NCBI GenBank assembly: GCA_958296295.1
Contig: OY282460.1
Span: 3,330,291 to 3,394,290 of the forward strand
Length of the DNA: 64,000 nt
Origin: an uncultured Pseudomonadales bacterium
GTDB lineage: Bacteria; Pseudomonadota; Gammaproteobacteria; Pseudomonadales; Azotimanducaceae
Reading direction: 5' to 3'
Part shown: in pieces, positions 17,406 through 27,487 of the stretch
Layout: each line of letters opens with the position of its first letter
How positions within the stretch are numbered: position 1 is the stretch's first letter
Notes under the pieces: model-generated
What the model saw: the letters and a program-made list of their open reading frames with translations, nothing else
The model's database searches: none
What the model was told of the DNA's origin: nothing
Translations under genes and position numbers: made by a program

Positions 17406-19190
17406 ATGAAAGCCACCAACATCGCTGATCCGGCCTACTTCCACAAGGTCGTGGATTGCCAGTGGGCGTGCCCCGCCCACACGCCGGTGCCGGACTACAT
17501 CCGTCTCATCGCCGAGGAACGCTACACCGAGGCGTACATGCTGAACTGGGATTCCAACGTGTTTCCCGGCATTCTCGGCCGCACCTGCGACCGGCCCTGC
17601 GAACCCGCCTGCCGACGCGTGCGCACCGAGGAGAAGCCCGTCGCCATCTGCCGCTTGAAGCGGGTGGCCGCGGATCACAAGGGCGACATTTCCGACTACC
17701 TGCCCCGCGTGCCGAAAAAGAAGAACGGCAAGCGCATCTGCTTGCTGGGCGCGGGCCCGGCGTCCTTGGCGGTGGCGCGGGATCTCCTGCCGTTCGGCTA
17801 CGAGGTGGACATGTTCGACCGCGACCCCGCCGGCGGCGGCATGATGCGCAGTCAGATTCCGGCCTTTCGGCTGCCGGCGGACGTGCTGGAGGAGGAGGTC
17901 GACCTCATTGTGGACATGGGCATCAACGCCCACTACAACCACGAGATCACCAGCATGAAAGAGATGCTGGCGCTCGGTTACGACGCGTATTTCGTCGGCA
18001 CCGGCGCGCCGCGCGGACGCGATCTGGACCTGCCCGGCCGCAAAGAGGTGGACGCGCACATCTCCATTGGCATCGACTGGCTCGGCAGCGTCGCCTTCGG
18101 CCACACCACCTCCATTTCCGGCAAGGTCATCGTCATGGGGGGTGGCAACACCGCGATGGACTGCTGCCGTACATCCAAGCGGCTCGGGGCCGAAACCGTC
18201 ACGGTGGTCGTGCGTTCCGCCTTCGAGGTGATGAAGGCGTCCGAGTGGGAAAAGGAGGATGCCATGAGCGAAGGCATCCCCATCGTCAACAACCGCCCGC
18301 CCAAGGAGTTCGTTCACGAGAACGGCAAGCTCAAAGGCGTCGTCTTCGAATGCGTGAAACCCGTGGACGACGGTTCCGGTCGGCTGCGCTATGTGCCGAG
18401 CGGCGAGCCGGACGTGTTCATGGAATGCGACCACGTCTTGATGGCCATCGGGCAGGAGAACCACTGCCCGTGGATCGAACGCGACATCGGCTTGGATTTC
18501 GACAAGTGGGATTGCCCGGTGCTGGACGAAACAACCTTCCAGTCCACTCATCCCAAAGTGTTCTTCGGCGGCGATTCGGCGTTCGGCCCGGAGAACATCA
18601 TCTGGGCGTCCGCGCACGCGCACCAGGCCGCGATCTCGATACACCTGTTCTGCCAGGGCAAGGATCTGAAGAAGGATCGGCCGGCCGACGGCGTGAACCT
18701 CATCAGTCAGAAGATGGGCATCCACCAGTGGAGCTACGACGCGGAGCACGACGACGCCAAGCGCTTCATCGTGCCGCACGCGAACAAACGCAAGGCGCTC
18801 GACAACATCAAGATCGAAGTGGAACTCGGCTTCGACGCCCGTTTGGGTCTGAAAGAAGCGCAGCGGTGCCTCAACTGCGACGTGCAAACCGTGTTCACCG
18901 AGAATCTGTGCATCGAGTGCGACGCTTGCGTGGACATTTGCCCGATGGACTGCATCACCTTCACGCAAAACGCCGAAGAGCCGGAACTGCGCGCCTCTTT
19001 GATAGCGCCGGCGCAGAACACCGAACAAGACCTGTACGTTTCCGAGACGTTGCCGACGGGCCGCGTGATGGCGAAGGACGAGGACGTCTGCCTGCACTGC
19101 GGCCTGTGCGCCGAACGCTGCCCAACCAACGCGTGGGACATGCAGAAGTCCATGATCCACACGCCGCAATTGGGAAGCTGCGCGCAGTGA
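17406..19190 (+). CDS. GltD-like NAD(P)H-dependent flavoprotein with C-terminal 2x[4Fe-4S] ferredoxin domain (KorC-like subunit)
   Basis: Glutamate-synthase small-subunit pattern (..FPGILGRTCDRPCEPACRR.., dinucleotide fold ICLLGAGPASLAVARDL, GGGMMRSQIPAFRLP). C-terminal CLNC..C..CIECDACVDICP and CLHCGLCAERCP clusters. ATG at 17406 chosen. Confidence 0.8.
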   Translation: MKATNIADPAYFHKVVDCQWACPAHTPVPDYIRLIAEERYTEAYMLNWDSNVFPGILGRTCDRPCEPACRRVRTEEKPVAICRLKRVAADHKGDISDYLPRVPKKKNGKRICLLGAGPASLAVARDLLPFGYEVDMFDRDPAGGGMMRSQIPAFRLPADVLEEEVDLIVDMGINAHYNHEITSMKEMLALGYDAYFVGTGAPRGRDLDLPGRKEVDAHISIGIDWLGSVAFGHTTSISGKVIVMGGGNTAMDCCRTSKRLGAETVTVVVRSAFEVMKASEWEKEDAMSEGIPIVNNRPPKEFVHENGKLKGVVFECVKPVDDGSGRLRYVPSGEPDVFMECDHVLMAIGQENHCPWIERDIGLDFDKWDCPVLDETTFQSTHPKVFFGGDSAFGPENIIWASAHAHQAAISIHLFCQGKDLKKDRPADGVNLISQKMGIHQWSYDAEHDDAKRFIVPHANKRKALDNIKIEVELGFDARLGLKEAQRCLNCDVQTVFTENLCIECDACVDICPMDCITFTQNAEEPELRASLIAPAQNTEQDLYVSETLPTGRVMAKDEDVCLHCGLCAERCPTNAWDMQKSMIHTPQLGSCAQ

Positions 19191-19236
19191 CAACGGCAAC
19201 AAGCCCGGCGATCCGGCGCCGGCGGGGCGGTCTCGC

Positions 19237-21135
19237 GTGCGCGACTTCGGCAAGCGGCGGCCCTGGGCGGCTGTGATCCCCGTGTCGGCATCGCGCTTCA
19301 ACGACTTCGTCATCCGGTTCGCCAACGTGAACGGCTCCGGTTCGGCGTCGGCCAACAGCATGTTCGCCAAGGCGCTGTTCCGCATGGGCATTCCCGTCGC
19401 CACGCGCAACATCTTCCCTTCCAATATCGAAGGCCTGCCCACTTGGTTCGAGGTGCGCGTTTGCGAGCGCGGCTTCGCCGGGCGGCGCGAAGGCGTGGAC
19501 ATCATGGTGGCGATGAACGCGGAGACTTTCGCCGAAGACATCACCTCCATCGTGCCCGGCGGATTCCTGGTGTACGACAACTCCAAGGAACTGCCCGCCG
19601 GCCTTCGCCGACGGGACATCAACCTGGTCGGCGTGCCCATTTCGCAGCTCGTTCTGCCGGAGTTTCCGAACCCGAAGCACCGGGCGCTGTTCAAGAACAT
19701 CGTCTATCTCGGCGCCCTTTCCGCCCTCATCAGCATCGACTTCGACGTCATCACCAGCATGGTGTCCTCGCAATACAAGGGCAAAGACAACCTCATCGCG
19801 CCGAACATCCACGCCTTGGAGATCGGCCGCAACTACGCCTTCGACTACTTGGATTGCCCGCTGCCGGTGCAAGTGCGCTACTCCGAAGGCGCCGCCGGCA
19901 AGATAATGGTGGACGGCAACACCGCCGCCGCCCTGGGCGCGATTTACGGCGGCGCCACGGTGTGCGCGTGGTATCCCATCACGCCGTCCACATCGCTTGC
20001 GGAAGCGTTCGAGAAGTACTGCAACCAACTGCGGGTGGGCGAAGACGGCGAGCGCAACTTCGCCATTTTGCAGGCGGAGGACGAGCTCGCGGCCCTCGGC
20101 ATCGTCATCGGCGCCGGTTGGAACGGCGCCCGCGCCTTCACGGCCACCAGCGGCCCCGGCATCTCGTTGATGACTGAGTTCCTGGGCCTCGCCTATTTCG
20201 CGGAGATTCCCGCCGTGCTGTGGGACATTCAACGCGCCGGGCCGTCCACGGGCATGCCCACGCGAACGCAGCAAGGGGATTTGCTGGCCGCGGCCTACGC
20301 TTCCCACGGCGACACGCGGCATCCGCTGCTGTTCCCTTCCACGCCCAAGGAGTGCTTCGATTTCGCCGCCGCCGCGCTGGATCTGGCCGATCGCCTGCAA
20401 ACGCCGATCATCGTGTTGTCGGATCTGGAACTGGGCATGAACGACAACCTTTCCGAACCGTTCACCTGGGACGACAACCGCCGCTACGACCGCGGCAAAG
20501 TGCTCGCCGCCGAAGATCTGGACCGCATCGAGACGTTCGGGCGCTACTTGGACCCGGACGGCGACGGCATCGGCTACCGCACGCTGCCGGGCGTCCACGC
20601 GGAAAAAGGCGCGTTCTTCACGCGCGGCACGTCCCGCGACGAATACGCCCGCTACACCGAGCATCCGGACGCCTACACCGCCAACATGGATCGCCTGCTC
20701 CTGAAGTGGGAGACGGCCAGGACCCTGGTGCCGACGCCGGAGATCGCGGCTCGGGGCCGGCGCGCCGGGATCATCTACTACGGCACCACGGCCTTGCCGA
20801 TCCCCGAGGCGTTGGTGCGGCTGGCAGAGGCCGGCGTTGAACTCGACGCGATGCGCATTCGCGGCTTCCCGTTTTCGGACGATGTGCGGGCGTTCATCGA
20901 ACGGCACGACATCGTCTTCCTGGCCGAACAAAACCGCGACGCGCAGATGAAGACGCTGCTCGTGAACGAACTGGACATCGATCCGGCGGTATTCGTCCCG
21001 GTGCTTTACTACGGCGGTTTCTCGATTTCGGCAGACACGATTTACGAGCAGGTGCTTGGCTACTACGAGGAACGCAAAATCCCGCGCCTGCGCGCGGTGA
21101 GCGGCGGCGCCCCCATCGAACCGGAGTCGGCATGA
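19237..21135 (+). CDS. korA: 2-oxoacid:ferredoxin/acceptor oxidoreductase alpha subunit
   Basis: ..NDFVIRFANVNGSGSASANSMFAKALFRMGIPVATRNIFPSNIEGLPTWFEVR.. is the canonical KorA N-terminus. GTG start at 19237, so the exact start is uncertain. Confidence 0.85.
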   Translation: MRDFGKRRPWAAVIPVSASRFNDFVIRFANVNGSGSASANSMFAKALFRMGIPVATRNIFPSNIEGLPTWFEVRVCERGFAGRREGVDIMVAMNAETFAEDITSIVPGGFLVYDNSKELPAGLRRRDINLVGVPISQLVLPEFPNPKHRALFKNIVYLGALSALISIDFDVITSMVSSQYKGKDNLIAPNIHALEIGRNYAFDYLDCPLPVQVRYSEGAAGKIMVDGNTAAALGAIYGGATVCAWYPITPSTSLAEAFEKYCNQLRVGEDGERNFAILQAEDELAALGIVIGAGWNGARAFTATSGPGISLMTEFLGLAYFAEIPAVLWDIQRAGPSTGMPTRTQQGDLLAAAYASHGDTRHPLLFPSTPKECFDFAAAALDLADRLQTPIIVLSDLELGMNDNLSEPFTWDDNRRYDRGKVLAAEDLDRIETFGRYLDPDGDGIGYRTLPGVHAEKGAFFTRGTSRDEYARYTEHPDAYTANMDRLLLKWETARTLVPTPEIAARGRRAGIIYYGTTALPIPEALVRLAEAGVELDAMRIRGFPFSDDVRAFIERHDIVFLAEQNRDAQMKTLLVNELDIDPAVFVPVLYYGGFSISADTIYEQVLGYYEERKIPRLRAVSGGAPIEPESA

Positions 21136-22187
21136 CCTTCGTCGCCAAACCGAGAGTTCACCATCCGCTGCTGCCCACCAACGATCTGGGGCTGACGCGG
21201 CGCGACTACGAAGGCTCCGTCTCCACGCTTTGCGCCGGTTGCGGGCACGATTCCGTCTCCGCCGCCATCGTGCAAGCCTGCGCCGAGCTCTCGCTGCCGC
21301 CCCACCGCTTCGCCAAAGTCTCCGGCATCGGCTGCTCGTCCAAGACGCCCAGCTACTTCCTCGGCAATTCGCACGGTTTCAATTCGGTTCACGGCCGCAT
21401 GCCGTCCGTGGCCACCGGCGCCAATCTGGCCAATCGCGAACTCTACTGCGTGGGCGTCTCCGGCGACGGCGACAGCGCATCGATCGGCCTTGGCCAGTTC
21501 GCCCACATCGTTCGCCGCCGCATCAACATGCTCTACATCGTGGACAACAACGGCACCTACGGCCTGACGAAAGGACAGTTCTCCGCCACCAACGACAAGG
21601 GATCCACCAGCAAAAAAGGCGTTCCCAACCTCTACGAACCCATCGATCTCGTCTCGATGGCCCTGCAAATCGGCGCCAGCTTCGTGGCGCGGAGTTTCTC
21701 CGGCGACAAACGCCAACTGGTGCCGTTGATCCAAGCCGGTCTGGCGCACAAGGGTTTCGCCTTCATAGACGTGGTCTCGCCGTGCGTCGCCTTCAACAAC
21801 CACAGCGGTTCCACCAAGAGCTACGACTATGTTCGCGACCACTTCGGCAAACTGGTGGAGGCGGATTTCATCGCGCCGGGCGAGGAGATAACCGCGGATT
21901 ACGAGGAAGGCAGCGGCGAAGACGTGACCATGCCGGACGGCTCGACGTTGCGCCTGCGCAAACTCGCCGCGGAATACGATCCGCACGACCGCGTCGATGC
22001 GCTTTCCCATGTGCAACGCGCCGCCGAAGCCGGCGAAGTGGTGACGGGCCTGCTGTACGTGGACCCGGACGCCGGCGACTGCCACGACATCCTCGGCACG
22101 TCGGCAAAGCCGTTGAACGCGCTGGACGAAAGCGTGCTTTGCCCAGGCGCCGAGGCCCTCGAACGGGTGAACGCCGGCTTGCGCTGA
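21132..22187 (+). CDS. korB: 2-oxoacid:ferredoxin/acceptor oxidoreductase beta (TPP-binding) subunit
   Basis: ATGA overlap with korA. ..LCAGCGHDS.., GIGCSSKTP.., VSGDGDSASIGLGQF.. (TPP GDG motif). Confidence 0.85.
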   Translation: MTFVAKPRVHHPLLPTNDLGLTRRDYEGSVSTLCAGCGHDSVSAAIVQACAELSLPPHRFAKVSGIGCSSKTPSYFLGNSHGFNSVHGRMPSVATGANLANRELYCVGVSGDGDSASIGLGQFAHIVRRRINMLYIVDNNGTYGLTKGQFSATNDKGSTSKKGVPNLYEPIDLVSMALQIGASFVARSFSGDKRQLVPLIQAGLAHKGFAFIDVVSPCVAFNNHSGSTKSYDYVRDHFGKLVEADFIAPGEEITADYEEGSGEDVTMPDGSTLRLRKLAAEYDPHDRVDALSHVQRAAEAGEVVTGLLYVDPDAGDCHDILGTSAKPLNALDESVLCPGAEALERVNAGLR

Positions 22188-22272
22188 ATCGAACGGGCCC
22201 TCTTGCCCGCCACGCAACGGGGATCCGAAGAAACCACTGTCCCGTCGAATCCACCGTTCGGCGGTCAACCCG

Positions 22273-25200
22273 TCAGGGCCGGAACTGCAAACCCCTTGGC
22301 CGCAGCCGCGCCGGTTGGCACACCAAACGCCACGCCGTCTCCAACCATTCGCAGACCAGCCGTCGCGTGTCGCGCGGGTCGATAAGCTCCTCGATCTGGA
22401 ACCGCGAGAGCGGGCCCACCGGGCCTCTCGCGCTCTCGATGCGCGCCATCAACTCGTCGCGCAACGCCCTTGGATCCGCGGCCTCCGCCAATTGCCGCTT
22501 GTAGGCCGCCTCGATGCCGCCTTCCGGGGGAATGCCCCCGGCATCCGCGGCCGGCCAAGCCACGCGCACCGACGGTCGCGACCGGGGAGTCGCGTAGTTG
22601 TTGCCGGCCACGCCGAAACTGCGCCGCATCACCACCGTGAACACCGGCACGGTCACCTGCGAAAACGCCACCATCCACTCGCCACCCCGCCGGATGGTGC
22701 CGGTGAGCTCGTGCTCCAGACCCACGGCGAATCCCGGGTTGTCCACCAGATTCAGGATGGGCAGGTGGAACACGTCGCAGAGATCCAGGTGCCGCGTGAG
22801 CTTGCGGCACCCCTCGGCTGTGAGGGCGCCACCGTTGGCGTGGCGGCTGTCCGAGGCGATGACGCCGAGCGGGTGGCCGTTGAAGCGGGCGAAGCCCGTG
22901 ATCTGATCCGTGCCCCACAGCGGCCCGATCTCGAAGAACGAATCCCGATCCGCGATCAGGCGGATGGCCTTGCGCATGTCGAAGGTGGTGGCGCGTTTGC
23001 GCGGCACAAGCGTGAACAGCTCCTCGTCGCGTCTATCCGGCGGATCGTCGGCGCGCCCGGGCAGCACCGGGGGCGTCTCGTAGACGCTGCCCGGCAGGTA
23101 GGAGAGGAAGCGCCGCGCCAGCGCCGCCGCCTCCTCTTCGCTTTCCGCCAAATTGTCCACCGAGCCGTTGCGGCAATGGATGTGCCAGCCGCCGAGGGCC
23201 TCTTTCGTGATGTCGTAGCCCATCGCGTGCGCCACCACCGGCGGGCCGGCCACGAACAGCTGGGCGATGTCGCGCACCATCACCGAGAAGTGTCCGAGCA
23301 CGGCCTTGGCGGCGCCGATGCCCACGACGCTGCCGAGCAGCGTGTTCACCACCGGCACGGTGGCCAGCTGTTCGGCGTACATGGCGCTGCCGAGATGGCC
23401 GGGCAGGAAGGAGCCGCCGCCGCCCGCCACCCGCGGCCGCCCGGCCTTGATGGCGCCGCTGCTCTCCTTCGCTTTGCTTTCGCCCTGCTGCTTTTGCGCC
23501 GGCACCATCGCCGCCACGCTGCCGCCGCCGGAAGAGCCGTCGAGCAAGCGCACGGACGGCATCCGCATCTCCAACGCCAACCGATCCAGATAGCCGCTCT
23601 TCGCGCCGATGGCGCCGTCCGCGTGGCCGCCGCGGGAAGTGAAGTCGTCCGCGCACACCACGACGCCGCGGCTCTCAATCTTTCCCCAGCCGCCAACGTG
23701 GTTGGCGGGCGTGAACGCCGTGATGGCGCCTTCTTCGTCGTAGGACGCGAAGCCCGCCACGCTGCCCACTTCGCGGAAGGTGCCTTCGTCGAGCAGCAGG
23801 TCGATGCGTTCGCGGCAGGTGAGTTTGCCGCGGCTGCGCTGGCGCACGACGCCCGGATCCGCGGATCCCGGCGCCAGGCGATCCAGCGCCAAGCGCTTCA
23901 TGGTGGCGACATCGCGCAGCAACGGCGCCCAAGTGTCGTCGTCGTCGCGCACGGCCCGCCCGGCACCCGCGGCCGGTTCGATGACCGCGCAAACCTGACC
24001 GGCTTCGACGGTGTCGCCGGGCGCAAGGGCTTGCGCGGCCACCACCACGCCATCGCACGGCGCGACGACTTGCGATTCCATCTTCATGGCGCTCACCACC
24101 AAGAGCGTCTCGCCGGCGCGCACGGTGTCGCCTTCACGGGCGCGGAACTCCAGCACGGCGCCCGCCGCCGGGCACGTCACGCTCTCTTGACCGGCGCTGG
24201 CGGCCAACGCCGCGACTTCGCCGCGAACCGCCGGCGGCGCCCCGGCCGTCGCGGCAACGCCCATGGTCGTCGCCTGCTGCCGCAACAGCGCGAGCGCCCC
24301 GTTGCCGTTGCCGCTTTGGGTGGCCGACAGCAGCGCGGGTTCCTCGTCCAGCAAGGTCGTGCGCGCATCGCCGCCGGTCACCGCGGGATGCTCGAGAATC
24401 GCTTGCAGTTGGCCGATGTTCGTGGCCAGGCCCCCCACATGGAACTCGTCCAGCGCCTGCCGCGTGCGGGCCACCGCGGCGGCGTAGGCATCGCCACCGG
24501 ACGCGCCGAACTTGGCGGCCGAACCGACCACCTTGGCGAACAGCGGATCGAACTGCGGCGGCGGCGCGTAACCGACGTAGCCGCAAGCGTCCACGCGCAC
24601 GCCCGGGCCGGTCGGCTCCTTGTAGGCGGTCAAGGTGCCGGCGCCGCGCGCCACCACCCGCGTCTGCACCGCGAAACCGCGCGGCTCGCCCACGGCTTGT
24701 TGATCGACCATGCCAAGGGAAGCCAAGCTGGCGCCGGCGGCGATGTGGAATTGCGCCGCCACCAAGTCCACGCCGGTGATCTCTTCGGTGACGGTGTGCT
24801 CCACCTGAATGCGCGGATTGCATTCGATGAAGAAGTGCTCGCCGGTCTCCGGCACCACCAGGAACTCCACGGTGCCGGCGTTGACGTAGTCCGCGGCCGC
24901 CACCAGCTTCACCGCGTCCGCGAGCAAACGCGCGCGCAACGCGCCGTCCAATGCCGGCGCCGGCGCGGTCTCCACCACCTTCTGGTTGCGGAGCTGCACG
25001 GAGCAGTCGCGCTCGTGCAGATGCACCACGTTGCCGTGCGCGTCCGCGAGTATCTGCACCTCGATGTGGCGCGGGCGAGCGATGCGTTTTTCGACGAACA
25101 GCGCGGTGTCGCCGAAGGCCGCCTGGGCTTCGCCGCGGCAGCGTGCGAACGCCTCGGCCATCGCGCCGGCGGACGCCACCGCCCTCATGCCGCGCCCGCC

Positions 25201-25704
25201 GCCACCGGCGGCGGCCTTCAGCATTACCGGATAGCCGATGTCCGCGGCGACCGCGGCGGCTGCCGCGGCGTCGGCGAGGGGCCCGTCGCTGCCCGGCACC
25301 ACCGGCACATCCAACGTTCGGGCCAAGGCCCGCGCCCGCATCTTGTCCCCGAACAGGGCCAAAGCGGCTGCTGGCGGCCCCACGAACGTCAACCCGGCCT
25401 GCGCGCAGCGCTCGGCGAAAGCCGCGTTCTCGGCCAGAAAGCCGTAGCCCGGGTGGACGCAGTCGCAGCCGGTTTCCGTGGCGAGGGAAACCAGCGCCTC
25501 GGCGTCCAAATACGCGGCCACAGCGTCTTGCGCGGCACCGTTGCCGATCTCCCGCGCAACGGTCGCGAGTCGAGTGTGCAGCGAGAGCGCGTCCACCGGC
25601 GCGTAGACGCCGACGGACTCCATGCCAAGCGCCGAAGCCGCCTTCGCCACGCGAATGGCGATCTCGCCGCGGTTGCTGATCAGCACACGTCTGTGCAGTG
25701 GCAC
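22273..25704 (-). CDS. Single-chain biotin-dependent acyl-CoA carboxylase (BC - BCCP - carboxyltransferase fusion)
   Basis: GTG at 25704 preceded by GGGGGAGGG. Biotin carboxylase N-terminus (RRVLISNRGEIAIRVAKAA..), biotinyl motif VVSAMKMESQV, then a PCC-beta-like CT domain (..GKLTCRERIDLLLDEGTFREVGS..) in a single ~1143-aa ORF. Confidence 0.85.
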   Translation of the reverse strand: MPLHRRVLISNRGEIAIRVAKAASALGMESVGVYAPVDALSLHTRLATVAREIGNGAAQDAVAAYLDAEALVSLATETGCDCVHPGYGFLAENAAFAERCAQAGLTFVGPPAAALALFGDKMRARALARTLDVPVVPGSDGPLADAAAAAAVAADIGYPVMLKAAAGGGGRGMRAVASAGAMAEAFARCRGEAQAAFGDTALFVEKRIARPRHIEVQILADAHGNVVHLHERDCSVQLRNQKVVETAPAPALDGALRARLLADAVKLVAAADYVNAGTVEFLVVPETGEHFFIECNPRIQVEHTVTEEITGVDLVAAQFHIAAGASLASLGMVDQQAVGEPRGFAVQTRVVARGAGTLTAYKEPTGPGVRVDACGYVGYAPPPQFDPLFAKVVGSAAKFGASGGDAYAAAVARTRQALDEFHVGGLATNIGQLQAILEHPAVTGGDARTTLLDEEPALLSATQSGNGNGALALLRQQATTMGVAATAGAPPAVRGEVAALAASAGQESVTCPAAGAVLEFRAREGDTVRAGETLLVVSAMKMESQVVAPCDGVVVAAQALAPGDTVEAGQVCAVIEPAAGAGRAVRDDDDTWAPLLRDVATMKRLALDRLAPGSADPGVVRQRSRGKLTCRERIDLLLDEGTFREVGSVAGFASYDEEGAITAFTPANHVGGWGKIESRGVVVCADDFTSRGGHADGAIGAKSGYLDRLALEMRMPSVRLLDGSSGGGSVAAMVPAQKQQGESKAKESSGAIKAGRPRVAGGGGSFLPGHLGSAMYAEQLATVPVVNTLLGSVVGIGAAKAVLGHFSVMVRDIAQLFVAGPPVVAHAMGYDITKEALGGWHIHCRNGSVDNLAESEEEAAALARRFLSYLPGSVYETPPVLPGRADDPPDRRDEELFTLVPRKRATTFDMRKAIRLIADRDSFFEIGPLWGTDQITGFARFNGHPLGVIASDSRHANGGALTAEGCRKLTRHLDLCDVFHLPILNLVDNPGFAVGLEHELTGTIRRGGEWMVAFSQVTVPVFTVVMRRSFGVAGNNYATPRSRPSVRVAWPAADAGGIPPEGGIEAAYKRQLAEAADPRALRDELMARIESARGPVGPLSRFQIEELIDPRDTRRLVCEWLETAWRLVCQPARLRPRGLQFRP

Positions 25705-26156
25705 GAAACCCTCCCCCTTGCACGGAGATTGAACTAAAAAGCCCGTGGCATTGTCCAGCCGCGTTCGTTTGCAGGGTGTCGTTTCTTGCGCGCGAGCCGT
25801 CAGGCCGGTAGCGGCGGCTTGCGCCAATGGCGCCGGAAGGGTCTCCAAGGGCTTTCACAACGCTTGCGCCGACTTGCGGCCGACGCGCAAAGTCGTCGTC
25901 CACGCCGGTGGCGAGAGCTTTCCCTTGGGCAAGGTGTCGACGCCATGACATTGCGGGCGATGGTGGCGCTGGCGAACGCTGTTGAGCGCGCGCGCCGTGG
26001 ACAGGAGGGCGGCGCTGGCGGAATGCAAGAACCGCCATGTGGGAGAAGTCGCACAAGCGGTGCGGACATGTCCAACGCCACGAAGCGGGGATCTCCTACA
26101 AACCGGCGGGGCGATGTCGCGCGCCGTCGCCGCGTGCGGAGCGCTATCGTTTCCCC

Positions 26157-26240
26157 ATGAAACCCAAGACGCCGGGCAGCGACCCGATCCACAAGCGCCT
26201 CTACGCCTTCCCGGAGAGGGCTTGTAGAGAGCTTGTCCGC
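26157..26240 (+). pseudogene. Possible N-terminal stub of an Rpn/YhgA-like (PD-(D/E)XK 'putative transposase') gene
   Basis: MKPKTPGSDPIHKRLYAFPERACRELV resembles the ..HD..YK.LFSHPEMVRDLL.. N-terminus recalled for this family. Similarity is lost after ~28 codons. The evidence is short, so the call is weak. Confidence 0.3.
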
Positions 26241-26421
26241 CGAGGCCGAACTAGCCCCACGCCACCTCGCAGATGGCGAGGAAGGTGTTCGGCGTGATCT
26301 GGAAGCCCAAGGCGTGTTCCAGCGCCTACTCGACGGGCGCGTGAACATCCCGGACGTATACCGCATCGGCTATGGGCTGGGTAGGCGAGGCGGTGTGCGG
26401 CCCGTTCAACAACCACGTTTT

Positions 26422-27480
26422 TCAAGCCATTTGTGACTCGACAGCGAACGGGGTGTATGGCGACGCAGGCTGCGACAAGAACGTAGACGCAATTTCTTGC
26501 CCCGACCGTTCGAGGGCCGCTGCTGCTGCCGGCACCAACTCTTCGACTGCACGTGGCCAATCGTCGAGCGCGATTGCCTTTGCCGGAACCGGCGGCGCCA
26601 CCCGCGTCACATGGTTTGCTCCGATCAGAAGGCTCGCCTGACCTTGAGCGTTTAACGATTGGAAGTGCAGCGCCCCGTCAATGGCATCTCGCCAAGCCAG
26701 CAAGCCGCCCCTCAGCTTGCTTCCAGTGACGCGATATGGAACGCCCCCACAGCCAACGCTGAGAATACGCACATCTGTGCGATTGATGGCGAAGCAGGAG
26801 AGCGCGTCCACCAACGCGACCATGATGGGGTCGTTGGCGAACAAGCCACCATCTAGAAACGTGTAGCCGCCATCTTCAAGCGGCCGGAAGAATGTCGGCG
26901 CGGCCGCGGTGGACGCGGCTATCTTTGTGATGCGTTCGCTCGCGTCCTTCTTGAAGTCCGGGTGATGGGGTGTCTTGAAAATGTAGGTTTCGCCGAAACG
27001 CCCGTCTGCGGATGGCACACACAGCCGCGCTCTAGACTCGCCAAAAGTCCTGTCACCGAAGTTCTCATGAAGTAGGTTGGAGAGGGCGTCACGGTCGTAC
27101 CGGTATCTCACGAGCCGCCGTAGGCTGTGTGTTTTCCGAGTGAACCAGCCTATCGCTCCATCCGGCTGCACGGGGAACATCTCGCCACCCCGCTTCACAT
27201 AGAGGTCCCGCACTTCGCTCGCTCGAAGTCCGTTAGCTAAGCCCAACGCGATGATGCCGCCGGTGGATGTGCCCGCGATGAGGTCGAAGTAGTCGACAAG
27301 GCGATGGCTACAGGGAAGCCGGGCTTCCAAGCCAGCCAGAAGAGCCGCAGGAAATACGCCCCGAATGCCCCCACCATCGATAGAGAGGATGCGAAAAGGG
27401 CTGTCGCTCGGCCATGGAAGCGCCACGCGCCGAGTCTTGAGCGCTCCGGCGGAGCGCTTCTGCGTGAGCCTCGCTGGCAT
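26422..27480 (-). CDS. Patatin-like phospholipase (CBASS effector, CapV-like)
   Basis: Oxyanion hole IDGGGIRG, nucleophile elbow GTSTGG, catalytic Asp in FLDGGLFANDP. Last gene of a three-gene operon. Confidence 0.85.
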   Translation of the reverse strand: MPARLTQKRSAGALKTRRVALPWPSDSPFRILSIDGGGIRGVFPAALLAGLEARLPCSHRLVDYFDLIAGTSTGGIIALGLANGLRASEVRDLYVKRGGEMFPVQPDGAIGWFTRKTHSLRRLVRYRYDRDALSNLLHENFGDRTFGESRARLCVPSADGRFGETYIFKTPHHPDFKKDASERITKIAASTAAAPTFFRPLEDGGYTFLDGGLFANDPIMVALVDALSCFAINRTDVRILSVGCGGVPYRVTGSKLRGGLLAWRDAIDGALHFQSLNAQGQASLLIGANHVTRVAPPVPAKAIALDDWPRAVEELVPAAAAALERSGQEIASTFLSQPASPYTPFAVESQMA

Positions 27481-27487
27481 CTTCGTG

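Noticed and set aside
15774-19700. 1308-aa minus-strand ORF spanning the IS and the korC/korA region.
   Set aside because: Only its C-terminal ~370 codons (the transposase N-terminal part, from the ATG at 17096) look genuine. The rest is antisense to korC/korA and has no motifs.
25800-26366. 188-aa minus-strand ORF and other ORFs in the 25.7-26.4 kb gap between the carboxylase and the patatin gene.
   Set aside because: The translations are low-complexity and Arg/Ser/Pro-rich, with no motifs or start context. The region is better explained by short plus-strand gene fragments (Rpn-like stub; unassigned C-terminal fragment ending ..IPDVYRIGYGLGRRGGVRPV).
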